A DNA stretch of 32,000 bases from Candidatus Nitrosopumilus koreensis AR1 (GTDB lineage: Archaea; Thermoproteota; Nitrososphaeria; Nitrososphaerales; Nitrosopumilaceae), in contig NC_018655.1 of assembly GCF_000299365.1 (NCBI RefSeq), forward strand, positions 510,001 through 542,000, written 5' to 3'. Numbering within the stretch: position 1 is the first letter of the stretch; each line of letters begins with the position of its first letter. The notes under the pieces are model-generated. The model worked only from the letters and a program-made list of their open reading frames with translations, had not been told where the DNA came from and searched no databases. Shown in pieces: positions 18,047 through 26,505 of the stretch. The position numbers and the translations under genes are program-made.

Positions 18047-19205
18047 TACTCCTTCTTTACCAGACCTTCCTCATCTTGAACTTTTTCCATTTTTTCTTGT
18101 AGTTCTTTACTAATAAAAGAAAAGAATTCTGGATATATTGGAAACCTACATTTCAAATCAAATCCTGCCTGTTTAGAATTTTCTTCCACTCTGTTTATCT
18201 CCGGCCAGGAAAATTCTGGATTTACAAAATCGGGAGTTAATGGTGAAATTCCTCCCCAATCATTTATTCCCACTGACAAAAAACTTTGATACGACCTGGG
18301 TGAAAGGTTTGGTGGAATCTGTATGTTCATTTTAGGCATGATTATTCTGGATAATGCCACAATGATCTTGAAATATTTTTCATCAGCTGATGGCTCACCT
18401 CTCATTCTGGTATCTTGTTTTGGTTGGAAATTTTGTAAGATCACTTCTTGAATGTTTCCGTATTTTTGATGTAATTGTTTGATTGCTAATAACGAATCAA
18501 CAATCTCTTCTATGTTTTCCCCAATTCCTACAAGAATTCCTGTTGTCATTGGAATGCCTAACTTTCCAGAGTTTTCTAAAATCTCTAACCTTGCCTTTGG
18601 CCTTTTACTTGCTGCCAAGAAATGAGGCATTCCTTTCTCGGTTAACCTATCACTGATATTTTCAAGCATCAACCCCATTGAAACATTTGTTTTCTTTAAC
18701 TCCTTCATCTCTTCAAAATTCAAGTTTCCTGCATTGGTATGTGGAAATAACCCTTTTTCCAATGCTGTTTCGGATGCATGAATTAGGTATTCTGAAGTGG
18801 TTCTAAATCCATTTTCTCTTAACCAATCCCTTGCCTCTTGGTATCTTTGTTCAGGTTGCTCTCCTGTTACAAATAATGCTTCAACACATCTGTATTTTTT
18901 TGCAAGATCAAGTAATTCTGTAATTTGTTGCTTTGACATTAATGATAGTTTTTCTTCTCCTGGCTCTGCCTTGTATGTACAATATGAACAACTATCTTTG
19001 CAGAGATTAATGATGTTGAAAAATGCTTTTTTTGAAAATGTTACTGTGTTTCCCTTGTGTTTTTTCTTAAGACTTGTGCTGTTGAAAAAAGTTCGTTTGG
19101 ATCTTTTACTGCATGTTGATACACCTCTAAAATACTCTGACGTGAAATTTCCTTGTTGTCTAAAACATTGTTTAAACTCTCAGAATTTAAGACAAGTTTG
19201 TTCAA
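18037..19205 (-). CDS. cofG: FO synthase subunit 1 (CofG), interrupted by a -1 frame change at 19059-19065
   Basis: The listed ORF (ATG 18939) lacks the radical SAM cysteines. Manual minus-strand translation upstream in the same frame gives KKKHKGNTVTFSKKAFFNIINLCKDSCSYCTYKAEPGEEKLSLMSKQQ..., containing CxxxCxxC. The preceding ~47 codons (TTG at 19205: LNKLVLNSESLNNVLDNKEISRQSILEVYQHAVKDPNELFSTAQVLRKN) are in the other frame. Confidence 0.85.
19059..19065 (-). other. -1 slippery heptamer A AAA AAC in cofG
   Basis: Minus strand in frame of the N-terminal part: TTA AGA AAA AAC ACA AGG GAA ACA CAG TAA; -1 frame continues AAA CAC AAG GGA AAC. Confidence 0.5.
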
Positions 19206-19247
19206 CAGAATGAGTTCTTGATTAAGGGTATTTATGCTTGTATAGAA

Positions 19248-20393
19248 TTAATTTCCGTTTGGTCTTTCTTGAAGAATAATTGAGACATTTGTAGTTCTGC
19301 CATCTCTTAAAACCTCTAAAATCATCTCGTCTCCAACTGCTTTTGCTCTTTGAAGGTGAATCAAAATATCATCAATTTTTCTTACTTCGATTCCATCCAC
19401 TGATAAGATGATGTCTCCTCCCATTGGATAGTTTACACCATCAACATCAATTGTTTTGTCTGATCCAATAAGACCTGCTTTAGATGCTGGACTGTCTTCT
19501 ACTACTGTTACTATTAAAAAGCCAACTGCATCTTGAAGCTCTAATGCTTTAGCCAAATCAGGATCAATATCTCTGCCTGAAATTCCTATCCATGGATGCT
19601 TGTATTCTCCATTTTCAATTAGTGTCGGAATTATTTTTGCAACTGTCTGTGATGGTATCGCAAATCCTACACCTGTAAATTCACCTGTTGCTGATTGAAT
19701 TGCCGTGTTGATTCCAACCACTTCCCCTCTCATGTTTAATAATGGTCCTCCAGAGTTTCCTGGATTAATTGCTGCATCTGTTTGAATGACATCTGGGATG
19801 GAGTATCCTGAAGAAGCTAGTGGGAGCAATCTTCCTAATTGGCTAACAATTCCTGATGTCATGGAACCTGATAATCCAAAGGGATTGCCTATGGCTGCTA
19901 TGGGTTCTCCAACTTTGAGGTTAGAAGAATCTCCTATTAGTAATGGACGTAACAATGCTAAATCTGCATTAACTTTGATTATTGCAAGATCTGTAAATTC
20001 ATCTACTCCTATAATCTCTGCATTATATGATCTTCCGTCAAGAAATGTCACAATAATTTTTTGTGCATTATTAATTACGTGTGCATTTGTAATTACATGT
20101 CCATTTTTGTCAAAAACAAAACCTGAACCCACTCCTCCAACAGAATCTGCATTTTCTCCTCTCTGAACATTGACTCGTACTACTCCTGGTTCTGATTTTT
20201 CAAATATTTCAATTAATGATAATTTTTTTGTATGCGTAGGGGTGATTTCTCCCACAGTGCTTGGATCATGTCCGTTGCTGACTATGATGTTTGGTTTCTC
20301 TACTTCTGGCGGTGAAACAAATAGTACTGCAAAAATTACTATTACGATCGTAGCTCCTATGGCCCCACCTACAAATACGCCTGATTTGTCCAT
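19248..20393 (-). CDS. HtrA/DegP-like membrane-anchored trypsin-like serine protease with PDZ domain
   Basis: 381 aa; N-terminal TM; GFVFDKNGHVITNAHVI, DLAIIKV, TDAAINPGNSGGPLLN, C-terminal PDZ-like SPASKAGLIG. Confidence 0.92.
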   Translation of the reverse strand: MDKSGVFVGGAIGATIVIVIFAVLFVSPPEVEKPNIIVSNGHDPSTVGEITPTHTKKLSLIEIFEKSEPGVVRVNVQRGENADSVGGVGSGFVFDKNGHVITNAHVINNAQKIIVTFLDGRSYNAEIIGVDEFTDLAIIKVNADLALLRPLLIGDSSNLKVGEPIAAIGNPFGLSGSMTSGIVSQLGRLLPLASSGYSIPDVIQTDAAINPGNSGGPLLNMRGEVVGINTAIQSATGEFTGVGFAIPSQTVAKIIPTLIENGEYKHPWIGISGRDIDPDLAKALELQDAVGFLIVTVVEDSPASKAGLIGSDKTIDVDGVNYPMGGDIILSVDGIEVRKIDDILIHLQRAKAVGDEMILEVLRDGRTTNVSIILQERPNGN

Positions 20394-20431
20394 GAGGTTT
20401 TTTGTTTCTTATTTTATATCTAAAAGGCTTG

Positions 20432-21643
20432 CTATACACTAATTGAACTCTGAGAATGATCTTTCATGGAATAACTTCTTCCTCTCCAAGTAACTGATGA
20501 TTCTTTGTTGGCTTGAAGTAATCCACTCAAAAATCCTAAAACCACAACTAGGCTGCCTAATGGAGCAAATAATGCATGAACTAATCTTAACTCTAATCCT
20601 TTTTTTGCTTCAACTATTGCCCCGATGTAAATTAATAATAATGCCATAAACGATGTGACACAAAGAGTGTTTGCAGATATAGTTTCATTAGGTAATGCTA
20701 TGGATGCTGCAAAAATTGGAAATGGTACAAATAGTAAAAACAACACTGCAAAGAAAATTCCCACAGCTATTTTTCCACTTTGTAGATACAAGGGAATCAT
20801 TAATCTTTTTAATGCATTCCAAAGTGTGCTCTTGTCTCTTGCCCATACTGCATCAATGAGGTGTTCTCCTCTTACCATTTTCATTTTATGACCCGATTCT
20901 TTTACTTTCTTTCCTAGTGCGCCATCTTCAATTATTTCGTGTTTGACTCCTTCATGCATGCCAACTTGTTCGTATGTTTTTTTCTTCAAAATGAAGAAAC
21001 TACCAAAAAAATACCCTGTCTTCTTTGAAGGATTGTTGACATTTAATGCAGAAAATCTTGTGTGCAAGAACGTGGAGATCATTGGGAGTGTAATTTTTGT
21101 CCAAAAATCAAATGTTAACATTTTTGGAATAACTGATAATGCATCTAAATCAAATGAAATAAGATGCGCCACTGCAAGAGACACTACATTTTTTTGATGT
21201 GTTGTATCTGCGTCGGTAAATAATAACAAGTCTCCTGTTGCCTTTCGATATCCCTCCATGCATGCCCAGTTTTTCCCCATCCATCCATCTGGTTTTGTTT
21301 TTGCAGATACGTGAATGACTTTGGAATATTTATTAGCATACTCTGAAATTATTTCTCCAGTAGAATCTTCTGATGAATCATCAATTACGATGATCTCATA
21401 GTTTTGATAATCTTGGTTAATCAAAGAGTCTAAACATTTTCCAAGAAATTCTTCTTCATTTCTTGCTGGAAGTATTATTGATACTTTGGGAGATGTTTTT
21501 GCAGTATTTTTGAATCTGTCAAGATATGGTGTTAATCTAAACGAATCTGACATTGATTTTATTAAAAATATCCACGCCCCGCATATTCCAATTAGAATTG
21601 CAGACAACGAATAATTGAAAACATCAAATGCTATGTCCATCAC
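20432..21643 (-). CDS. family 2 glycosyltransferase with membrane segments
   Basis: 403 aa; VSIILPARNEEEFLGKCLDSLINQDYQNYEIIVIDDSSEDSTG, LLFTDADTTH, C-terminal TMs. Confidence 0.9.
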   Translation of the reverse strand: MMDIAFDVFNYSLSAILIGICGAWIFLIKSMSDSFRLTPYLDRFKNTAKTSPKVSIILPARNEEEFLGKCLDSLINQDYQNYEIIVIDDSSEDSTGEIISEYANKYSKVIHVSAKTKPDGWMGKNWACMEGYRKATGDLLLFTDADTTHQKNVVSLAVAHLISFDLDALSVIPKMLTFDFWTKITLPMISTFLHTRFSALNVNNPSKKTGYFFGSFFILKKKTYEQVGMHEGVKHEIIEDGALGKKVKESGHKMKMVRGEHLIDAVWARDKSTLWNALKRLMIPLYLQSGKIAVGIFFAVLFLLFVPFPIFAASIALPNETISANTLCVTSFMALLLIYIGAIVEAKKGLELRLVHALFAPLGSLVVVLGFLSGLLQANKESSVTWRGRSYSMKDHSQSSISV

Positions 21644-22083
21644 TATCTCTCGATTTCTTCTTTGATACTTTGCATAGCCTGCTCAGTGCCACTTTTGATG
21701 TGATTTTTTATCATGCCTGTAAACATGCTCATCATACCTGTTAGTTTGATGTTCCAATCTGTTTGTAGTATGGTATGGTTTCCCTCTGGGATTAATGATA
21801 CAATTTTTTCACCGTTGATTATGCCTTTGGTAAATTTTGCATGAATTCTGTCTTTTGGCTCTATGGTGACTTCTTGCATGCATTTTTGATCTCGAAATGC
21901 TATTGTGATCTCTCTGTTTATTGTATTTTCATTCTTTGAGATGTTTCTTACTTCTTTTGTTCCTTTCCAAAACTTTGGTTCATTATCGATATCTGAGACC
22001 ACATCCCATACTTTTTCAACTGGAGCATTGATTTTGAGTTTGACTTGTATTGTAGCCATGAAGTGCAATTGTTCATTCCGCAT
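21643..22083 (-). CDS. SRPBCC/START-like (polyketide cyclase/dehydrase) protein
   Basis: 146 aa; ATIQVKLKINAPVEKVWDVVSDIDNEPKFWKGTKEVRNIS; stop codon overlaps the GTG start of the glycosyltransferase. Confidence 0.8.
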   Translation of the reverse strand: MRNEQLHFMATIQVKLKINAPVEKVWDVVSDIDNEPKFWKGTKEVRNISKNENTINREITIAFRDQKCMQEVTIEPKDRIHAKFTKGIINGEKIVSLIPEGNHTILQTDWNIKLTGMMSMFTGMIKNHIKSGTEQAMQSIKEEIER

Positions 22084-22116
22084 TAAATATATTAGATTCC
22101 CATTCTATTGCAAATA

Positions 22117-22195
22117 GACTGTGATGGGCAACATGCCTAAAATCCAGAACAGTAACTCCAGTTCTAATGGCGTTTGCCATTCTTCCGTCACAGTC
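22117..22195. other. extended imperfect hairpin, candidate structured RNA
   Basis: GACTGTGATG (22117-22126) pairs with CGTCACAGTC (22186-22195), 10 bp incl. one G-U. GGCAA/TTGCC, ATGCC/GGCGT and AGAAC/GTTCT nest inside. Confidence 0.35.
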
Positions 22196-22214
22196 ACCCA
22201 ATCTTTGAAAGAAA

Positions 22215-22430
22215 ATGAAACCTTCGAAATATATGCCAAAAATAGGAACCTTTGATGGTGTCGGCTTTTGGAAAAATGCATACGCACATCAACGTGGAAA
22301 ATTATTAAAAAAAGTCAATGTACCTGATGATCAAATTGTTGAACTTGTTAACAAAAAATACATGGAGCTTCCAGCAGCATTAAGATATGAAATTGAAACT
22401 AGCGGCATTGATAAAAAAGATCTGCAGTAA
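22215..22430 (+). CDS. small hypothetical protein
   Basis: 71 aa; MPKIGTFDGVGFWKNAYAHQRGKLLKKVNVPDDQIVELVNKKYMELPAALRYEIE; protein-like composition and + strand neighbour. Confidence 0.6.
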   Translation: MKPSKYMPKIGTFDGVGFWKNAYAHQRGKLLKKVNVPDDQIVELVNKKYMELPAALRYEIETSGIDKKDLQ

Positions 22431-22468
22431 TTCGAAATTCATTTAATGGGCCATATTGTTGTTTTTTC

Positions 22469-22798
22469 ATGTCAAATGTATCTTATGACGATTTTGCAAA
22501 ATTAGACATTAGGGTAGCAAAAATCATTGCAACAGAACCTATTGAAGGTAAATCAAGAATTATCAAAGGACGAATTGATTTGGGAAATGATGATCACCGT
22601 GATGTAATTATTGGTGGTGCTCAATACTTTCAACCTGAGGACATTGTTGGAAAAACCGTAATCGTCCTTGCAAATCTAGAGCCAAAGAAAATGGCGGGAG
22701 TTGAATCTAATGCAATGCTTTTAGCTGCAGATGTTGATGATAAACCATTTTGGTTAACTGTAGAAGAAGATGTTCCTTTGGGAAGTCCTGTCAAATAA
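22469..22798 (+). CDS. tRNA-binding (EMAP/CsaA/MetRS-beta-like) OB-fold protein
   Basis: 109 aa; DDFAKLDIRVAKIIATEPIEG...GKTVIVLANLEPKKMAGVESNAMLLAA. Confidence 0.9.
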   Translation: MSNVSYDDFAKLDIRVAKIIATEPIEGKSRIIKGRIDLGNDDHRDVIIGGAQYFQPEDIVGKTVIVLANLEPKKMAGVESNAMLLAADVDDKPFWLTVEEDVPLGSPVK

Positions 22799-22940
22799 TC
22801 TATTAAAGATAAAAACTCGAGCCAATTTCATTTTTTTCTATTAATCCTATTTTCTAAATCTTGTATTGTATCTGCAAAATTTAATTGTCTATGTATACTT
22901 GAATTATTAAATAATTAATGAAAATATGTTTGATTTATGA

Positions 22941-23501
22941 CTAGTCATAAATCATTAGATCTTTTTCTTCTAGTAATGCATGTAAATTATTTACAGATCT
23001 GTAAACATCTGGTTCTTTCTTTGCTCCTGTACAGACAAGTTTTCCTGAGGAAAACAACAAAATGACTGTTTTAGGATCTAGCATTCTATGAATAAGTCCT
23101 GGAAATTGCTCTGGTTCGTACATACTTCTTGGTAGTGTTCTTGCAGCTTGTTCTAAGTGAATTTTTCCACCTAGATTAATTGATGCAACAATATTTTGAA
23201 TTTCTACTACTGCATCTTTCTTTACTTTGATTCCTCCTTTTCGAAGTTTTTGTACAACTGTCTTTACTGCTTTTCTTGCCATCTCTTCTGACTTGGAACC
23301 CGTACATACCATTTTACCTGAAGTGAAAATCAATGTTGCAGTTTTTGGACTCTTTAATCTAAAAACTAGCCCTGGAAATTGATCAGGATGATATTCTACA
23401 TCTGGAAATGTTCTGGTAATCTCATTCAAGTCCATCTTTTGATCTACAGATGCCGAAGCTACTACATTTTCCACACTTACGATAGGTTTGGTTTGTGGCA
23501 T
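22941..23501 (-). CDS. tbp: TATA-box-binding protein
   Basis: 186 aa; two direct repeats: DVEYHPDQFPGLVFRLKSPKTATLIFTSGKMVCTGSKSEEMA and SMYEPEQFPGLIHRMLDPKTVILLFSSGKLVCTGAKKE. Confidence 0.96.
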   Translation of the reverse strand: MPQTKPIVSVENVVASASVDQKMDLNEITRTFPDVEYHPDQFPGLVFRLKSPKTATLIFTSGKMVCTGSKSEEMARKAVKTVVQKLRKGGIKVKKDAVVEIQNIVASINLGGKIHLEQAARTLPRSMYEPEQFPGLIHRMLDPKTVILLFSSGKLVCTGAKKEPDVYRSVNNLHALLEEKDLMIYD

Positions 23502-23639
23502 ATTCGATTTTTTTGTATTTTAACTATAATAAAAGCACTCGCCATATTTTTTACCATCTGTAGGCATTTTCCTCATTTTTTTGACTTAATTGTGTATTGG
23601 ACGAATGGTTTAATTGAGATCTGACGATCGTGAAATTTA

Positions 23640-24761
23640 GTGAATTTTACTAATTTTGATTTTGAACAATTATTTGGAATGAAAGATGATACTAACCCTT
23701 TGATGATGTTGGTTTGGATTTTGCCCATTATCATCTTCATTTTTTACGGCCAACGAATTCAGTTGTATGTCACTTCAGGTGAAATCAAAAAAGGAATAAA
23801 AAAACTAGGTGAATTTAGAGATGAATCAAGAAATGAGTTGCTTGACTACATCAATAAACAACTGAATCCGAAAAGTAACCCCGAAAAAAAAATTGATCAA
23901 TTTTTAGATTATTTTACTATCATGCCTGTTGATATGGATCCAAATGGCATTGTTGAGAAAGTTCAGCATACAGTAAGATCAAGAGAAGACTATACACGTG
24001 AACATGTAAAATCACTTTTTTCTGAAATACCTGATGTTGAATTATCCAAAGTCCAAACTTTACTTGAAATTGCATCTTCATTGCAGATGATTCATAAAAT
24101 TATCAATCACATGTTTTTAACTGCAAAAAAACAAAATAACTATCCTTTAATTTTGCCCCTTCAAATGATTCTGCCTTTTATAATGGAGCAGGCAGAAGCC
24201 ATGAAAGAAGCAGTACCTGTATTTAAAACAGGACAACCTGTAGGTGATGGAATTGGACCTATGGTTGTTGGAAAAATGATGTTAAATAGTCCAAAAGAAG
24301 CAATTGCATTTCAAACTGCACTTGTAAAAACTGAATTTGAAAACAGAAAATTATTTTTATTAAAAGCAGAAGGTCCTGGGTCTACTGTAGGACGCCCTGC
24401 GGATGCGTTAGAATCGATAATTTCAGAAAATAAAATTGACGCAATAATCATGATTGATGCTGCATTAAAAATGGAAGGTGAGGACTCTGCATCTGTTGCA
24501 CGTGGTTTTGGTGCAGCTATTGGGGGAATCGGAACTGAAAAATTCCACATAGAGGCAATTGCAGTTGAAAAACAAATTCCAATTTTTTCCATTGTCGTAA
24601 AACAATCTGTTAAAGAAGCAATTACTCTAATGACAAAAGAAATTGCAAACCAAGCAGATGATGTACGTTCACAAGTCTATGAAATGATTAAAGAAAATAC
24701 TCAGGAAGGACAATCTGTGGTAATAATAGGTGTTGGAAATACTGTGGGAGTTCCTCAATAA
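23640..24761 (+). CDS. DUF1512-family membrane-associated protein
   Basis: 373 aa; N-terminal TM WILPIIIFIFYGQRIQLY, GPGSTVGRPADALESIIS. Confidence 0.75.
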   Translation: MNFTNFDFEQLFGMKDDTNPLMMLVWILPIIIFIFYGQRIQLYVTSGEIKKGIKKLGEFRDESRNELLDYINKQLNPKSNPEKKIDQFLDYFTIMPVDMDPNGIVEKVQHTVRSREDYTREHVKSLFSEIPDVELSKVQTLLEIASSLQMIHKIINHMFLTAKKQNNYPLILPLQMILPFIMEQAEAMKEAVPVFKTGQPVGDGIGPMVVGKMMLNSPKEAIAFQTALVKTEFENRKLFLLKAEGPGSTVGRPADALESIISENKIDAIIMIDAALKMEGEDSASVARGFGAAIGGIGTEKFHIEAIAVEKQIPIFSIVVKQSVKEAITLMTKEIANQADDVRSQVYEMIKENTQEGQSVVIIGVGNTVGVPQ

Positions 24762-24940
24762 TGTTTTCAAAAGAAAAAATCACAATTGCATACACCGTTG
24801 AGAAGTGTGGAAAATGTGGGATGCAAAAGAAAAGAAAATTCTCTGCTGGTGACATGTTGTTCTCTGAAGTATCAAAATGTGATTCATGTGATGGTATCGT
24901 GACAATTGAGAAAATATTCGGTGAAACTGTAGAGCAATAA
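24761..24940 (+). CDS. small zinc-ribbon-like protein (59 aa)
   Basis: Below ORF-track cutoff. MFSKEKITIAYTVEKCGKCGMQKKRKFSAGDMLFSEVSKCDSCDGIVTIEKIFGETVEQ*; two CxxC pairs; ATG overlaps the DUF1512 TAA by 1 nt. Confidence 0.75.
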   Translation: MFSKEKITIAYTVEKCGKCGMQKKRKFSAGDMLFSEVSKCDSCDGIVTIEKIFGETVEQ

Positions 24941-24941
24941 T

Positions 24942-25835
24942 TTATGCTTGAGTAGTAACAGTAACTCCGTTTTCTGTTGGAATGAATGTGTGTTCTGCTT
25001 GAGCTACTCTTTGCTCATTTACTTCAATTAACACAGGATATGCTTGCACTGCCTTTTTCTTTATTAGAATATTTAACAAATTCCTTGCTTCTTTTTCATC
25101 TCTTTCTTTTGTAATCCATCTCAATGCAAATGGCAACATGTTGAAACTCTCCCAGATAAAATCAAGCAACTTATCAGCTTCTGGATCCTTTGTTTTCTTT
25201 CTAGAGTTTATTGCAAAAATATTTTTTATCTGTCCATTCCTGACAAATCCTCCCCCGTCACTTGTTGTCACAAATGGCTCACATGCATATGCAGAATTTT
25301 CTGAGAGTGAAAAACCCCCAATTGACCAAATATTTGGAATGGATTTTCCTGCATGTATTGTATACTGTTCTAGTGAATGCCCGCTAAGATTTGCAATTGG
25401 TTTGTATCCCATTTGTTTTATTGTGGTTTCTATGGTTCTTCCAATATCACTTGCTTTTACTCCTGCTTTTATCATTGACATTGCATTTGCTAATCCTTCT
25501 TCTGCTGCTTGAACTAATCCGTCATATTGTGGATCATAACATACCGTTACTGCTGTGTCTGCAATGTAACCATTAATCTGTGCACCAAGATCAATTTTTA
25601 CCAAGTCTGTATCTTTGATGATGATTGGATCATTTGGTTCTGCAGTATAGTGAGCAGCAACTTCATTGATGCTTGTATTAACTGGAAATGCACACTTTGC
25701 CCCACGCTTTCTGATTTCATCTTCTACCAATTCGCAAATTTCGTAGACTGTTTTTCCAATCCAGTCTTTTACTCTGACCATCTCTCTAACTTCAGATGCA
25801 ATTTTTCCTGCTTTGATGTAATCTTCTATTTGCAC
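24942..25835 (-). CDS. map: methionine aminopeptidase, type II
   Basis: 297 aa; FPVNTSINEVAAHYTAEPNDP, LVKIDLGAQINGYIADTAVTV, NLSGHSLEQYTIHAGKSIPN. Confidence 0.94.
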   Translation of the reverse strand: MQIEDYIKAGKIASEVREMVRVKDWIGKTVYEICELVEDEIRKRGAKCAFPVNTSINEVAAHYTAEPNDPIIIKDTDLVKIDLGAQINGYIADTAVTVCYDPQYDGLVQAAEEGLANAMSMIKAGVKASDIGRTIETTIKQMGYKPIANLSGHSLEQYTIHAGKSIPNIWSIGGFSLSENSAYACEPFVTTSDGGGFVRNGQIKNIFAINSRKKTKDPEADKLLDFIWESFNMLPFALRWITKERDEKEARNLLNILIKKKAVQAYPVLIEVNEQRVAQAEHTFIPTENGVTVTTQA

Positions 25836-25907
25836 ATTTTTGCTCCCCTATGTGCCTTTAAAATGATTATCTGTGAAGCTTAAATTGGGCGACTTTTAGG
25901 ACTTACT

Positions 25908-25984
25908 GGGATCGTGGTCTAGCTTGGTATGATTCTGCGTTTGGGACGCAGAGGTCGCGCGTTCAAATCTCGCCGATCCCACCA
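25908..25984 (+). tRNA. tRNA-Pro (anticodon TGG, 25942-25944), with encoded CCA
   Basis: Acceptor GGGATCG/CGATCCC; anticodon stem CTGCG/CGCAG with loop TTTGGGA; T loop TTCAAAT; discriminator A at 25981 followed by CCA. Confidence 0.93.
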
Positions 25985-26022
25985 TTATCTTATTATCAAA
26001 TTAGTTGGTAGTAACATTGCCT

Positions 26023-26084
26023 GAGCAATGAGGAAGAGTTAGAGTAATGACTTTGATATGAAGTAAACTAATGGCTCTGAGCTC
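26023..26084 (+). ncRNA. candidate C/D-box sRNA
   Basis: Terminal GAGC/GCTC; C-box-like ATGAGGA (26028-26034, 6/7 to RTGATGA); D box CTGA (26077-26080); weak internal D'/C'; 62 nt; T-run just downstream. Confidence 0.3.
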
Positions 26085-26121
26085 CGGCATGTTTTTATCA
26101 ATTCCTTGAGGTTTTGTTTTA

Positions 26122-26367
26122 TTGAAATTTGAGAGACGAGATATTATTTTGATTGCAGGACTTTTGCTTTTCATGATTGGACTGATACCTTTCATGAGTC
26201 CTGCATATGCTGCAATTATAGTGATTGTCATGTATTTTGGAATCAAAATCTATGTTGCAAAGAGACGTCAAATAATTCAAAGAGATGTGGGAGATGGCAT
26301 ATGCCTGGAATGTGGGGCTAAAATAAATGATAAAAAATGCCCAAATTGTGACTATTCTCAGGAATGA
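26122..26367 (+). CDS. small membrane protein with C-terminal zinc ribbon
   Basis: 81 aa; two TMs then DGICLECGAKINDKKCPNCDYSQE. Confidence 0.8.
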   Translation: MKFERRDIILIAGLLLFMIGLIPFMSPAYAAIIVIVMYFGIKIYVAKRRQIIQRDVGDGICLECGAKINDKKCPNCDYSQE

Positions 26368-26505
26368 TTGATACGTAGACCTTAAAACTGAAAAATTACT
26401 AACATTGATGATGGTTTTAAGATATATGACTTTAACAACTAGCTCAACTTTTCCTCAATTTCATTCTAAAATGACTCTTCTCGTCAAAAAAGACAGGAAA
26501 CAACA

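Noticed and set aside
19786-20442. + strand ORFs 19786..20166 and 20170..20442
   Set aside because: Antisense to the HtrA-like protease, whose catalytic motifs are intact.
22105-22287. - strand 60-aa ORF
   Set aside because: Overlaps the hairpin and the better-supported + ORF 22215..22430; no protein-like motif.
22902-22916. AATTATT-A-AATAATT perfect inverted repeat between the tRNA-binding protein gene and tbp
   Set aside because: Pure A/T 7-bp arms with a 1-nt centre; expected by chance in this AT-rich gap and too weak for a structured element.
25138-25883. + strand ORFs over the map gene (25138..25512, 25391..25576, 25527..25883)
   Set aside because: Antisense to methionine aminopeptidase with conserved motifs; Leu- or Cys-rich shadow translations.
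26001-26246. - strand 81-aa ORF
   Set aside because: Mostly antisense to the membrane/zinc-ribbon gene 26122..26367, which has clear TM and Cys motifs.
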